A DNA stretch of 64,000 bases from Trueperaceae bacterium (GCA_965213705.1 OZ243913.1:2688001-2752000), one strand, 5' to 3'; shown: positions 21,141 through 30,790, counted from the stretch's first letter. Translations and numbers: made by a program. Notes: a model not told the origin generated them from the sequence alone.

Positions 21141-21230
21141 GTTTGTTTGCAACACCTCGCCTTTGATGCTTCATTTAGCTGGAGAAGCAAAATGGTTTTT
21201 TGGTTCGTCAGGTTTCAAAGAGTGAACTAT
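21133..21230 (+). pseudogene. Truncated DUF3368-like PIN toxin N-terminus
   Basis: Overlapping start gives 'MPKFVCNTSPL', resembling DUF3368 N-termini; the frame then degenerates. Confidence 0.5.
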
Positions 21231-21240
21231 GAAAGCTCAA

Positions 21241-21281
21241 GCCCCTAACCTCTTTTTCAGCCCCAAGGCTTGGCTCGAGCC
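21241..21281 (+). repeat. TA-cassette repeat copy 2
   Basis: GCCCCTAACCTCTTTTTCAGCCCCAAGGCTTGGCTCGAGCC. Confidence 0.85.
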
Positions 21282-21694
21282 TACGCAAACCAGTTTTCCA
21301 CCTCTAACCCCTCAAAAGGTTCAAAGTCTCGGACATTACGCGTGACCAGACTTAGGCCGTTGGTTGCGGCGATGGCGGCGATTTGGCCGTCAACAAAACT
21401 TACCGGCTGCCCGAGGCGCTCGAGTCTGGTGCGCTCCTTAGCCTGCCACCTCGCAGCTTTGTCGTCATAGGCCAGCTTGGGGAAACTCGGGTCGACGCTG
21501 TCAAAAAGGTAGCGCTCCAACGTTCTCTTCTTTTTGCCCTCGTCCATGCGGTAAAAACCGTAAAGAAGTTCGTGCCAGACAGGTGTAGCAATGGCGCACT
21601 CTCTTTCAAACGTCCGGAGTTTATTCTGCACGGCTTCGTTCGGTTGCGGACGCACAAGTTCAGAGAGAACATTGGTGTCTAATAAGTAGGTCAA
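21281..21694 (-). CDS. vapC: VapC PIN-domain toxin
   Basis: 'YLLDTNVLSE', 'DGQIAAIA', 'LVTRNVRDF'. Confidence 0.92.
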   Translation of the reverse strand: MTYLLDTNVLSELVRPQPNEAVQNKLRTFERECAIATPVWHELLYGFYRMDEGKKKRTLERYLFDSVDPSFPKLAYDDKAARWQAKERTRLERLGQPVSFVDGQIAAIAATNGLSLVTRNVRDFEPFEGLEVENWFA

Positions 21695-21957
21695 AAGACA
21701 ACCACTCGACCCGTGCCTTCGTCCCGCAGATGGTCGAAATCGTCTTCTTCCAAAGGCATAAAGTCGGCAGACTCTCGCAAAGCGCGTACTTTGTGCGTGA
21801 AGCCGGGGCGCACAGCCGTGAGGTTTTCATAATCGTCTGCAGCGATAAGCACCGCCACCCTTTTCCCGTGGCGTGTAACCTCGATGGTGTTTCCCTTTTC
21901 GACCTCACGAAGTGCTTGGGTCAAACGGGCTTTCAACTCGGAAACAGCGTATTTCAT
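21691..21957 (-). CDS. Phd/YefM-family antitoxin
   Basis: 'VSELKARLTQALREVEKG..IEVTRHGKRVAVL'; overlaps the vapC start. Confidence 0.9.
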   Translation of the reverse strand: MKYAVSELKARLTQALREVEKGNTIEVTRHGKRVAVLIAADDYENLTAVRPGFTHKVRALRESADFMPLEEDDFDHLRDEGTGRVVVF

Positions 21958-22022
21958 GCTTTAGAGTAGCACAATTATGGTCATTTTTCTAGCTTTGTGA
22001 CTATTTTTGAAAAAGGGCTCGA

Positions 22023-22063
22023 GCCCCCCAGCCTCTTTTTCAGCCCAAATCTCGGCTCGAGCC
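22023..22063 (+). repeat. TA-cassette repeat copy 3
   Basis: GCCCCCCAGCCTCTTTTTCAGCCCAAATCTCGGCTCGAGCC. Confidence 0.85.
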
Positions 22064-22088
22064 CATTCTCGAGCGTGCCAAACTCACC

Positions 22089-22272
22089 ATGAACACATCC
22101 AACTCCGTAGAATTCCTCAACTTTCTAAAGCGCAGCGGCGAAAACTGCTCGCGCAACAAGCCGAAGAGGTTGCTCACTTGTACCAACCTGGTAGCGAACT
22201 GCTCGAGTGGACAGAGAACTACGCGGAGGGTGCGCCGAGGCATGACCCCCTCACCCAAACGAGGGAATAGAC
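22089..22272 (+). pseudogene. Frameshifted antitoxin-like gene plus truncated MazF/PemK-like start
   Basis: MNTSNSVEFL then a one-base shift into LSKAQRRKLLAQQAEEVAHLYQ; overlapping 'MTPSPKRG' is cut off at GCTCGAGC. Confidence 0.5.
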
Positions 22273-22280
22273 GCTCGAGC

Positions 22281-22541
22281 CTACTTAGAAACCAGCGGGT
22301 ACTTTTCCGGCTCGAGAATCATCGCCAAGTTCAGGTCAATATCCAAGTCGGGCCAGTAAAGGTGTTCGGGCGCTTCTTCAACGACGTTCAAAATCTCTTT
22401 GACCTTTGCCTCTTTGAACCAAGGGAAATGTTCGTAGGGTAAAAAATACTCCTGAGCGTTCCAGTCAAGCCACACGCCGTGCTGACTAATATCAAGGATT
22501 TCCAAAGTGTTTTTCCCAAGCGTCGCGGATGACATGTTCAT
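22281..22541 (-). CDS. DUF2442-like antitoxin
   Basis: 'FLPYEHFPWFKEA', 'HLYWPDLDIDL'. Confidence 0.82.
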   Translation of the reverse strand: MNMSSATLGKNTLEILDISQHGVWLDWNAQEYFLPYEHFPWFKEAKVKEILNVVEEAPEHLYWPDLDIDLNLAMILEPEKYPLVSK

Positions 22542-22734
22542 TCCTCCTCACCAGCTCTTGAAGCTCGTTGAGTTGCTTTTTGTTAAGTCCTGTGTAATTC
22601 GCCAAGGCCACGGTCGGCTCGAGCCAAAATTTAGCCTCTCCTTCAGGACTGCGGACGTGAACGTGCAGTCGCGCTTCTTCGCGAAAAAAGAAGAAAAAGC
22701 GGTAGGGACCATGTCGCAAAACGGTGGGGCTCAC
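22492..22734 (-). CDS. DUF4160-like toxin (HicA-like fold)
   Basis: 'PTVLRHGPYRFFFF', 'HVHV', 'EAKFWL', 'AWEKHFG'. Confidence 0.85.
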   Translation of the reverse strand: MSPTVLRHGPYRFFFFFREEARLHVHVRSPEGEAKFWLEPTVALANYTGLNKKQLNELQELVRRNEHVIRDAWEKHFGNP

Positions 22735-22790
22735 GTGAGGCTAGTTTACTACACGTTTTCAGCGGCTGAGGGTCGGTACGGAGGGCTTGC

Positions 22791-22830
22791 GCCCCCAGCC
22801 TCTTTCTCAGCCTCAAGCGCGGCTCGAGCC
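22791..22830 (+). repeat. TA-cassette repeat copy 4
   Basis: GCCCCCAGCCTCTTTCTCAGCCTCAAGCGCGGCTCGAGCC. Confidence 0.85.
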
Positions 22831-22857
22831 CAACCCAGAGCGTGCTAAACTCACACC

Positions 22858-23076
22858 ATGCTCGAGTGGTCAAGCTGCCCCGCCGTCGAACGCAACCCAG
22901 ATAAACTGAGTGGCGCTTGGGTGTTCAAGGGCTCGCGCGTACCGGTCAAAGCTTTGTTCGAAAATCTCGAGGACGGCGCGAGCGTAGAAGATTTTTTGAC
23001 GTGGTTTCCCGGTGTGAGCAAAGCTCAAATAGACGCCGTTCTAGAACATGCCAGCCACAGCCTAGAAGCAGCTTAA
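22858..23076 (+). CDS. DUF433-family antitoxin
   Basis: 'VERNPDKLSGAWVFKGSRVPV..LFENLEDGAS..FL..FPGVS'. Confidence 0.88.
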   Translation: MLEWSSCPAVERNPDKLSGAWVFKGSRVPVKALFENLEDGASVEDFLTWFPGVSKAQIDAVLEHASHSLEAA

Positions 23077-23079
23077 AGG

Positions 23080-23190
23080 ATGAAGTTTTGTTCGACCAGG
23101 GTATGCCTTTACAAAAGCGCTTGCTTCGAGGTTTCTACGGCGTTTGAATTGGGTTGGAACGAACTGAGAAACGGCGAACCTACCGGAGCG
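23080..23190 (+). pseudogene. Degraded DUF5615-like PIN toxin
   Basis: Fragments 'VLFDQG' and 'EVSTAFELGWNELRNGE' in different frames directly after DUF433. Confidence 0.55.
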
Positions 23191-23412
23191 GCTGAGTGCT
23201 ATAAGAGCACAGCCCCGACGTTGACGTTTGGCGAAGCTGGAACACGTTATCGGTTTTCGCATAAGATAGTCCGGTATGCAGCGGTAACGCCCTGGTACAA
23301 GTCGCATGGCTTCTTCAAGAACCAGGCGCTGTTCTAAACTATCTTCCACGACACTTTACGCCGGCACGCTTTTCCTTGCCCACCCAAGTTGCACCTGCAG
23401 GTCCGGGAACCG

Positions 23413-23442
23413 TTGACATGGTTCGTGAAGGACTTGTATACT
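23413..23442 (+). promoter_or_regulatory. Sigma70-type promoter of the tRNA cluster
   Basis: TTGACA-N18-TATACT, 14 nt upstream of tRNA-Ser. Confidence 0.7.
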
Positions 23443-23456
23443 CTGTGAGCTAACCC

Positions 23457-23547
23457 GGAGGGTTGGCAGAGCGGTTGAACGCGGCGGTCTTGAAAACCGT
23501 TATAGGGTTTCGCCCTATCGGGGGTTCGAATCCCTCACCCTCCGCCA
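23457..23547 (+). tRNA. tRNA-Ser(TGA)
   Basis: Cloverleaf with long variable arm, anticodon TGA, GGTTCGAATCC, CCA end. Confidence 0.95.
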
Positions 23548-23606
23548 TCCTGTACAAAAGCGTAGCGGCTACGGGGTCGGAAGGTTTCTGCAAGGCTGTT
23601 TACGTT

Positions 23607-23699
23607 GGAGGGGTGGCCGAGCGGCTGAAGGCGCTCCCCTGCTAAGGGAGTATAGGGCCAAAAGCTCTATCGAGGGTTCGAATCCCTCCTCCTCCGCCA
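23607..23699 (+). tRNA. tRNA-Ser(GCT)
   Basis: Cloverleaf, anticodon GCT, long variable arm, CCA end. Confidence 0.95.
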
Positions 23700-23787
23700 C
23701 ATTACCGGCAGCATCAACGTCGTGTTTGCTGATACCGTTGGTAATATTGAGCTTTGCTTATAGGAAAAGAGGCAACACCCGGTACAC

Positions 23788-23864
<77 letters not shown>

Positions 23865-24400
23865 GAAAAGCAAGACTGGCACGAAGAAACCCCCGCTGTG
23901 AGCTTACGGCCATAGCGGGGATTCACCTTTGGGTTTCCGTTGCGCTTCAAATCGAGAGCATTTTTTCTAAGGACAAACTGTCTCCATGTGAAGCCTCGCG
24001 GAGAATATGAAGGTAGACGGCCTCAGTCGTTCGCATCGCCCCGTGGCCGAGCCAGCGCGACACCCACCTGATTTTCAGCGCCCTGTCGCTGGCGACGGCG
24101 CCCGTTTTGCTGTTCTGTTTCGTGCTTCAGCGGCAGGCCATTGGGGGGGCTGACGGGGGGTTCGCTCGAGAAGCAACGTCTGTGCGAGTCACCCTTTTCA
24201 CCCGAGCCCGTTTTCAGTGTGCGCTTGACGCAGCCGAGCTTTTCAAAGATGATGAACGCTATGCGCCTGAAACTCGTTTGGTTCGCTGCCGTGCTCGAGC
24301 CAGAAAGCCTACAGCTCGGGGCTGCTGTGGGTTCCAACACCACAGTTCGTACCAAAGTGAGACCATGCCGAGGCGGCTCGAGCCGAACAGCGAACGCACC

Positions 24401-25276
24401 GTGAAGACCGACCCCCAAACCTCAGCACCGAACTGGCACCCCGCCTGGTGCGATGTCGGCGGCATTCGCACACGCTACGCCGTCGCGGGCGACCCGCAGC
24501 GTCCGCCCGTCGTGTTGCTGCACGGCATCGGCCGCAGTCTGGAAGACTGGTCGGCGACGGCGGCGCTCGCAGAGCGCTACCGCGTTTACACCTTGGACCT
24601 GGTCGGCTTCGGTTACACCGACAAACCGCGCGGACCTTACTCGTTGGCGAGTTTGGCCGCGTTCGTTGAACGGTTTTTGGATGTTTTGGCGGTCGCGCAA
24701 TCCGTTGTTCTGGTCGGAAACTCGCTGGGGGGCGCGGTGGCGCAAATTTTCGCAGCCACGCAGCCGGAGCGGGTGCGCGGCCTCGTGTTGGTTGCCAGCG
24801 CGGGGTTCGGGTCGGAGGTCACGCTGGCGCTGCGACTTGTTACGGTGCCCGGTTTGGGCGAGTTGCTGCTGCGACCCTCGCGGCACAGCGCTAAAAACAC
24901 GGTCTCGAGCCTGTTCTACGACCCGAGTTTCGTTACCGACGAGCGTGTCGAGCACGCCTTGAGTTTGGCGCGGCAACCCGGCGCGGCGCGGGCTTTTTTG
25001 AGCGTGGCGCGCGCCCTCGGCAACCCGCGCGGCGTTAAAGCGGCGTGGCGTGAGGACCTCAGCCACCGCCTCGCCGCGCACAGGCTGCCCACGCTTCTCA
25101 TGTGGGGCGAGTACGACCGAGTGTTGCCGGCGCTGCACTTAGAGGCGGCTGCCGAACTCTACCCGCACGCGACGACCCACCTGTTTCCAGACACAGGGCA
25201 CGTACCCCAGCTCGAGCAGGCCGCCGACTTCAACGCCCGCACCTTGACTTTTTTAGGCGCGCTGGACCTTCAGTAG
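24401..25276 (+). CDS. Alpha/beta hydrolase
   Basis: 'VVLLHG', 'GNSLGG' nucleophile elbow, 'GHVPQLE'. Confidence 0.88.
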   Translation: MKTDPQTSAPNWHPAWCDVGGIRTRYAVAGDPQRPPVVLLHGIGRSLEDWSATAALAERYRVYTLDLVGFGYTDKPRGPYSLASLAAFVERFLDVLAVAQSVVLVGNSLGGAVAQIFAATQPERVRGLVLVASAGFGSEVTLALRLVTVPGLGELLLRPSRHSAKNTVSSLFYDPSFVTDERVEHALSLARQPGAARAFLSVARALGNPRGVKAAWREDLSHRLAAHRLPTLLMWGEYDRVLPALHLEAAAELYPHATTHLFPDTGHVPQLEQAADFNARTLTFLGALDLQ

Positions 25277-25711
25277 AGGGGATAGGGCTCGAGGTTGGGT
25301 CGTGACGGCGTGATTTGCAAAACTGTTAAAACCGCTCCAGGACGCTCAGCAAGACACAAAAAGGGAGTTGAAACTTTTTATGCAGCGGCCGACCCAAACG
25401 AGCGTCCAAACACTCGTAGCTTGACCTTCCAACTCAACCTTCGTCGATGAGCTGTTGGACAAGCGGTGGGTAGAGGGCCACGTCGGCACTTGTCAGCGGC
25501 TCGCCGGCAACATTTCACACAAGCACCACGCCGAGTTGAGCTGCACTGAGACTGCCCCGGACTTTGGCGGGGTCGCACACAGTAAAGACCTCGTCGGGGT
25601 CGTTGACCTCAAAACTCAGAGGTGAGTTCCGAGGTAGGTCTCCGGTTTCAGGCGTTCACCCCTAAGCAGAGGCTTTCGTCGGCAAGGTCGGTCAGGTGAA
25701 AGCCCGCGGCA

Positions 25712-26749
25712 CTACTCTTCCGGCAACCTGAAAGCAAGCGTTTCGCTGCCCGCCTCAGCACGTTTTCCCCTGAACGAAGCAACTTCTCTGAACTCGTCTT
25801 TGGTGTCTGCGTAAAGAACTCTCACCAACGGATTTCCGAGTTTTGCAGACCATTCGAGCCTCAAGCTGTTCAGCCCCGGCACCACATACGCGGCGACGTC
25901 CAGGTCGGTCGTGCCTGCAAAGTCCCCGACTTTTTGGTCGTTGATAAAAATAGCGATGGTATCGCCCCCCGTCACCACGCTGAGCAAGGTTTGTTTGTCG
26001 ACCGAGCCGTAACTGGGTTTTGGGTCCGCGCTGTCGGGCGTTGTGGACGACAGGTCGGGCAGGGTAAAACTCAGGGTCTTTGACGTTGCTTCTCCCTCAG
26101 CGCCCAGAGCCGCATCAAAGGACAGCAGCTCACGGAACAAGTTAAGCTCTTCGGCGTAGTCGACGCTCAGCACGGCGCGCCCGACCGCGTCGCCCTCGAG
26201 CCTCAACTCGTTCTCGCCGGGCTTGACCAATCGGCTCAGGTCATAATCGAAACCGCCGGTAAACTCGCCGACAAATTGGTCGTTTATGTAAACGGCGAGC
26301 GGCTCCCCATTAATCTGCAAAATGTTGAGTAGAGTTTGCTCATCTCTGGAGCCGGGGCGCGGCATCTTTTCAGGCTCGAACATCCTAAAGCGTATTGTCT
26401 TGCTGTTTGCTCTTTTTAACTCCGCGCTTTTGACGTCGATTTGTGCTATTTCGGCAAAAGCCCCCGCCTCGGCGGCGTGGGACAAGTGCGCCTCGTAGAG
26501 CCTGCCCACGGGCGCGTCCCAGGACAGTTCAAAGGTGTTTTCGCCAGGGGTCAAGAGGTCGCTCACGTCCTGACGAACGTTGTCCTCGAAAGGTCCCAGT
26601 TTCTCACCGTTTAGGGTCACGTAGACCTCACCCCCTCTGGGGGCCATGTTGACGATAAGCAGCGTCTGTCCGTTGAAAGCAGCGTCGCCGGTCTGGGCGA
26701 GTGCCAGACCCACAAGGGCGAGCAAGAGGCAGAAAACGTGCTTGGGCAT
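25712..26749 (-). CDS. Secreted protein with three tandem beta-rich repeats
   Basis: Signal peptide; 'QTLL...N.....G.F...D....PG.N' occurs three times. Confidence 0.65.
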   Translation of the reverse strand: MPKHVFCLLLALVGLALAQTGDAAFNGQTLLIVNMAPRGGEVYVTLNGEKLGPFEDNVRQDVSDLLTPGENTFELSWDAPVGRLYEAHLSHAAEAGAFAEIAQIDVKSAELKRANSKTIRFRMFEPEKMPRPGSRDEQTLLNILQINGEPLAVYINDQFVGEFTGGFDYDLSRLVKPGENELRLEGDAVGRAVLSVDYAEELNLFRELLSFDAALGAEGEATSKTLSFTLPDLSSTTPDSADPKPSYGSVDKQTLLSVVTGGDTIAIFINDQKVGDFAGTTDLDVAAYVVPGLNSLRLEWSAKLGNPLVRVLYADTKDEFREVASFRGKRAEAGSETLAFRLPEE

Positions 26750-27325
26750 GGCGCGAGTTTAGCAAAAAAGTCGACAGCGAAGCTGACGCTCGGCTCTCAG
26801 GTGTCTACCTCAGCCGCGAGCCAGTTGAGATACGGCTGTTTGTCCCGTTCTCGCTTGGCTCGAGCGGCTTCGCCCTCTCCCAAGTCGGGGTGTTCCGTTC
26901 ATCATGTCCCTGAAAAGCCGACATGAAGTCGAAAGTTGTCGCCAAGGTGGCAGGCGAGTTTCGCTGAGCGCGTCTTGGGCGGCTCGAACGCAGGCTCGAG
27001 CCGGAGCGTTTTGCAAGCCAGGCCGGGGGTGGAACAGCAAAAAAACTGCTGGGTGACCGAAGAAAACTCTTTTTCGCGGGTCGCTTTGAACCAAGGTAAA
27101 AAGGCAAAATAGTCTCGAGACGAAGGTGCTCACCTAGAGTGTTGGAGCGAACCGACCCTGTCTTCTTTTTCTGTAAGGGTGTCGACCCTAGCAGCAAGAT
27201 CTTGCTGCTACGGCACCGACACCGTGCCGCGGCACGTGCCGAACAGCACTTACGTCTGTGCCGTCACGCTGCCTATGCTGCCTCTGTGACGCTGTCATCA
27301 ACACGTCACATGAAAGGAGCGTTTT

Positions 27326-28843
27326 ATGTTGAACCCACTGCAGCTAAGGCGTAGACCGCAAGAAGACGTCAAGTTTGAGATGGGTGAAGTTGAAAGGTGG
27401 CTGACGTTGGCTACCGGTTTCGCGTTGCTCACCTTGTCAAACGGACGCTTTGCCGTACCGATAGCTGCTTGGCTCGCCCCTATTTTTCTCCTGCGCTTCA
27501 TGCGTGGCGGCGCAAGGCGGGGTTTGCTTGTCTACGGCGTGCTGTTCGTCAGCTTTATGGTGATGTGGCCCGGCTGGATTCCCGTACCCCCTGCCATGTT
27601 TTTGGTCATGGCAGCCAGCCTCAGTCTTTTTCAACTTTTACCGTTTCTCATAGATAGCTGGCTCAGCCGCAGACTACCTGCTTTTGCCGCCACCCTTGTT
27701 TTGCCGACGGCTACTGTTGCCCTTAACTACACCATGTCTACATTTTCACCCTACGGTACAAACGCAGATATCGCCTATTCGCAGGCGGGTGTGCTCGAGC
27801 TGACCCAACTGCTCTCTGTTACAGGTATTCACGGCGTGACCTTTTTACTGTACTGGTTTGCCGCCACGGTAGCCGGTGTCTGGGCGGACGGCTTGAGCCG
27901 CCCTTGTTACCCCCGCATGCTGACGATGCTCGGGTGTCTCGCCGCCCTTTTTATCGCGGGCGGCTTGCGTAGCGAGCTACCGGCACCGGCTGAAACGGTT
28001 CGTGTCGCGGCTGTCGTGAGCGACCAGGGTGCGCTTTACGAAGCTATCGGCGCAACCGGCTTCGACCTTCACGCGGCTACGCCGACGCCGCCGGAGGTGC
28101 GTTTACTGATCGAGGCGCATCACGACGACCTGTTCGAGCGTAGCGAACGAGAGGCCAGGGCAGGCGCGAAGATCATCGCCTGGGCTGAGGGGGACGCTCT
28201 CGTACGCCGAGGGGAAGAAGCGGCGATGTTTGGGCGTGCCGCCGCACTCTCTAAGCGCTATGAGATTTACTTGATCGTCGCCGCTGCAACCGTCGTTCCC
28301 GGTCAACCGCTGGTCGAAAACAAACTGGTGACGTTTGGTCCTAGCGGCGCGCAAATCGGTGAGTACTTTAAGACGAAGATCGTTCCAGGAGATACGAATG
28401 TGGTAGGCGACGGCAACATGCTCGTGCTAGACACCGCGTACGGCCGTATTGCCCAAGCTATCTGTTTCGACCTGGACTTTCCCGCGTTTGCCCGTCAAGC
28501 AGGGGCTGCGGACGCTGACATAATTATTGCGCCCTCGAGCGATTGGCAGGCCATCAACCCGTACCACAGCTTGATGGCCTCTTTTCGCGGCGTCGAAAAC
28601 GGCGCTTCGGTCGTGAGGCCCACCCACCGTGGCCGCTCGCTCGCCAGCGATTATCAGGGCCGCGTTTTAGCGCAAACCGACTACTTTCAGACCACACCGC
28701 CCACGATGGTCGCGGACGTCCCTATCCAGGGGGTAAAGACCCTTTATGCCCGCTTCGGTGACTGGTTTGCCTGGCTCAGTATAATCGTCTTAGTCGGATT
28801 GACCCTTTGGGCGCGCCAAACACCTGTTGCCATGACAAGGTGA
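27326..28843 (+). CDS. Nitrilase-superfamily membrane protein (apolipoprotein N-acyltransferase-like)
   Basis: Multiple TM helices plus E-K-C triad ('WAEG', 'YFK', 'ICFD'), 'RGVENG'. Confidence 0.8.
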   Translation: MLNPLQLRRRPQEDVKFEMGEVERWLTLATGFALLTLSNGRFAVPIAAWLAPIFLLRFMRGGARRGLLVYGVLFVSFMVMWPGWIPVPPAMFLVMAASLSLFQLLPFLIDSWLSRRLPAFAATLVLPTATVALNYTMSTFSPYGTNADIAYSQAGVLELTQLLSVTGIHGVTFLLYWFAATVAGVWADGLSRPCYPRMLTMLGCLAALFIAGGLRSELPAPAETVRVAAVVSDQGALYEAIGATGFDLHAATPTPPEVRLLIEAHHDDLFERSEREARAGAKIIAWAEGDALVRRGEEAAMFGRAAALSKRYEIYLIVAAATVVPGQPLVENKLVTFGPSGAQIGEYFKTKIVPGDTNVVGDGNMLVLDTAYGRIAQAICFDLDFPAFARQAGAADADIIIAPSSDWQAINPYHSLMASFRGVENGASVVRPTHRGRSLASDYQGRVLAQTDYFQTTPPTMVADVPIQGVKTLYARFGDWFAWLSIIVLVGLTLWARQTPVAMTR

Positions 28844-28923
28844 GGGCTCGAGCCTTCAACCTGAACCGCTAATCGCGGCGTCGCGACAGGTTCACTAGAC
28901 CACTCGGAGAGGCTGACAGTCTG

Positions 28924-30156
28924 ATGATCAAACCACCCTTGCTTGCGCGCGCCGTGCTCAACGCCCGCACGCTGGCCTTTCTGCTCGTCGGCGCAGGGAT
29001 TTTCGGCATTGTGGCGAGTATGGTGCCGACGCTTTTTATGGCGTCACTTGCGCCTGCAACCCTTTACGCAGCGGTTTTGCTGAGCGCCTGCTTGTGCTGG
29101 GCGCTCATACTCGCCGTTTTATCGCAACACCGGGCTCTGCGGCTGCACCTGACGCTTTTAGGGGGCGCGGCTTGCATCGTCGCGATGTTCTGGCTTCAAC
29201 CCGAACAGTTCGGTAACGTGTTCATCTTCTTTTTTATGTTGGGGGGCGTTGCCGCCGTGCTATTGCCGTTACCACAAGCGTTGCCTTGGGAAGTCCTTTT
29301 TTATCTACTGACCCTGCTCAATGCTTGGCTGGCCTTTGGGCTCGGCGGTTTGTCGGGTTGGTACGGAGCAGTTGGGGCGTATATTTTTTTCGGGATTTTT
29401 GGTTTCATCCTTCAGCAAGCGGATAGCAACTTTAGGCGCAATTTGGAACTGTACGACGAATTGCAAGGCGCACATGAGCAGCTGCGGCGCTACGCGCAGC
29501 AAGAGCAGCAGCTCGCCGTCGCCGAGGAACGCAACCGTTTAGCGCGTGAGATGCACGATTCGTTGGGGCACCAGTTGACCGTCGTGATGATGCAACTGGA
29601 GGGGGCGCAGCGCCTCGCACAAAGCGACCCGGCGCACGCGGCCCAGCTCACTACCAGCGTGCGTCGGCAGCTCAAAGAGGCGATGAACGAACTGCGCAAC
29701 CTGCTCAACACCTTGCGCACTTCCCCCGAGGACGACGGGAGTAACACCTCACTACCCAAAAAGGATACAGCAGCGAGTCTCGAGCACCTCATCGACACGT
29801 TCGCCCTGGCGACAGGTTTGAACATCACCCTGCAAGCGGCGGCGTTACCAACCCTACCCCCTGCCGTTGCACAAGCCATCTACCGAACGGTACAAGAAGG
29901 TCTCACCAACGTCCACCGACACGCGTCCGCAGAGCGGGCGTGGGTCACCCTGGAACATTCGGACGATGTGCTTGGGGTGCGCGTAGAGGATGACGGCGTA
30001 GGGTTTGGCTCGAGCGAGAAAGACGGCTCGTTTGGTCTTGTCGGCTTGCAAGAGAGAGCGGCGGTGCTAGGGGGCACCCTGACCCTCGCGGCGCGGGCGG
30101 GAGGCGGAACCATCCTCCGTTTCGACCTCAAAGACGTGCGGGGCAAGCGTGAATAA
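28924..30156 (+). CDS. Sensor histidine kinase (HisKA_3 type)
   Basis: 'ERNRLAREMHDSLGHQL', 'QEGLTNVHRHA', 'DDGVGF'. Confidence 0.92.
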   Translation: MIKPPLLARAVLNARTLAFLLVGAGIFGIVASMVPTLFMASLAPATLYAAVLLSACLCWALILAVLSQHRALRLHLTLLGGAACIVAMFWLQPEQFGNVFIFFFMLGGVAAVLLPLPQALPWEVLFYLLTLLNAWLAFGLGGLSGWYGAVGAYIFFGIFGFILQQADSNFRRNLELYDELQGAHEQLRRYAQQEQQLAVAEERNRLAREMHDSLGHQLTVVMMQLEGAQRLAQSDPAHAAQLTTSVRRQLKEAMNELRNLLNTLRTSPEDDGSNTSLPKKDTAASLEHLIDTFALATGLNITLQAAALPTLPPAVAQAIYRTVQEGLTNVHRHASAERAWVTLEHSDDVLGVRVEDDGVGFGSSEKDGSFGLVGLQERAAVLGGTLTLAARAGGGTILRFDLKDVRGKRE

Positions 30157-30790
30157 AATCCGGGTCATGATTGTCGACGACCAGAGACTAATTCGCCAAG
30201 GTCTCAAGATGCTCCTCGAACTCGAGCCCGACATCACCGTTGTCGCTGAGGCTGAAAACGGCCAGGACGCGCTTAACCTGTTCTCCCGAACCAACCCTGA
30301 TGTCGTTTTGATGGACGTGCAAATGCCTATCTTGGACGGGGTGAAAGCAACGCGCGTACTCACAAAACGCTTCCCCGACACTAACGTTATTGTGCTGACC
30401 ACCTTTAACAAAGACCACTACGTGGTAGAAGCGGTGCAGGCGGGTGCCAAAGGCTTTTTACTCAAAGACAGTTCCGGTGAAGAGATTGCCGCAGCCGTTC
30501 GCGCTGTCAGGCAGGGCCAAGCGATGATCGACCCAGCGGCCGCCAACGCCCTTTTCGAGGCCGTTTCTCACGCCGCGCCACCCTTACAACCGCTGACGGA
30601 AGCTCTTTCAAGCAAAGAGATAGCCGTTTTGCGGCTGGTCGCGGACGGTATGACGAACGCCCAGGTTGCGGCCGAACTCAGACTTGCCGACGGGACGGTG
30701 AAGAATTACGTCAGCGCTATTATTCAAAAAACGGCAAGCCGAGACCGCACCGAAGCCGCCGTCAAAGCGCGTACGCTGGGGTTGATTTGA
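30149..30790 (+). CDS. NarL/LuxR-family response regulator
   Basis: REC domain 'DVVLMDVQMP' plus LuxR HTH 'TVKNYVS'. Confidence 0.93.
   Translation: MNKIRVMIVDDQRLIRQGLKMLLELEPDITVVAEAENGQDALNLFSRTNPDVVLMDVQMPILDGVKATRVLTKRFPDTNVIVLTTFNKDHYVVEAVQAGAKGFLLKDSSGEEIAAAVRAVRQGQAMIDPAAANALFEAVSHAAPPLQPLTEALSSKEIAVLRLVADGMTNAQVAAELRLADGTVKNYVSAIIQKTASRDRTEAAVKARTLGLI

Noticed and set aside
20787..22830. TA-delimiting repeats as a CRISPR array or classical integron attC sites
   Set aside because: Spacing is 450-780 bp with genes in between, there are no cas or intI genes, and there are no RYYYAAC/GTTRRRY ends. Kept as a non-canonical repeat finding instead.
25547..25574. TGAGACTGCCCCGGACTTTGGCGGGG resembling an IS3-family end
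   Set aside because: No partner end, transposase or target duplication seen; at most a remnant.
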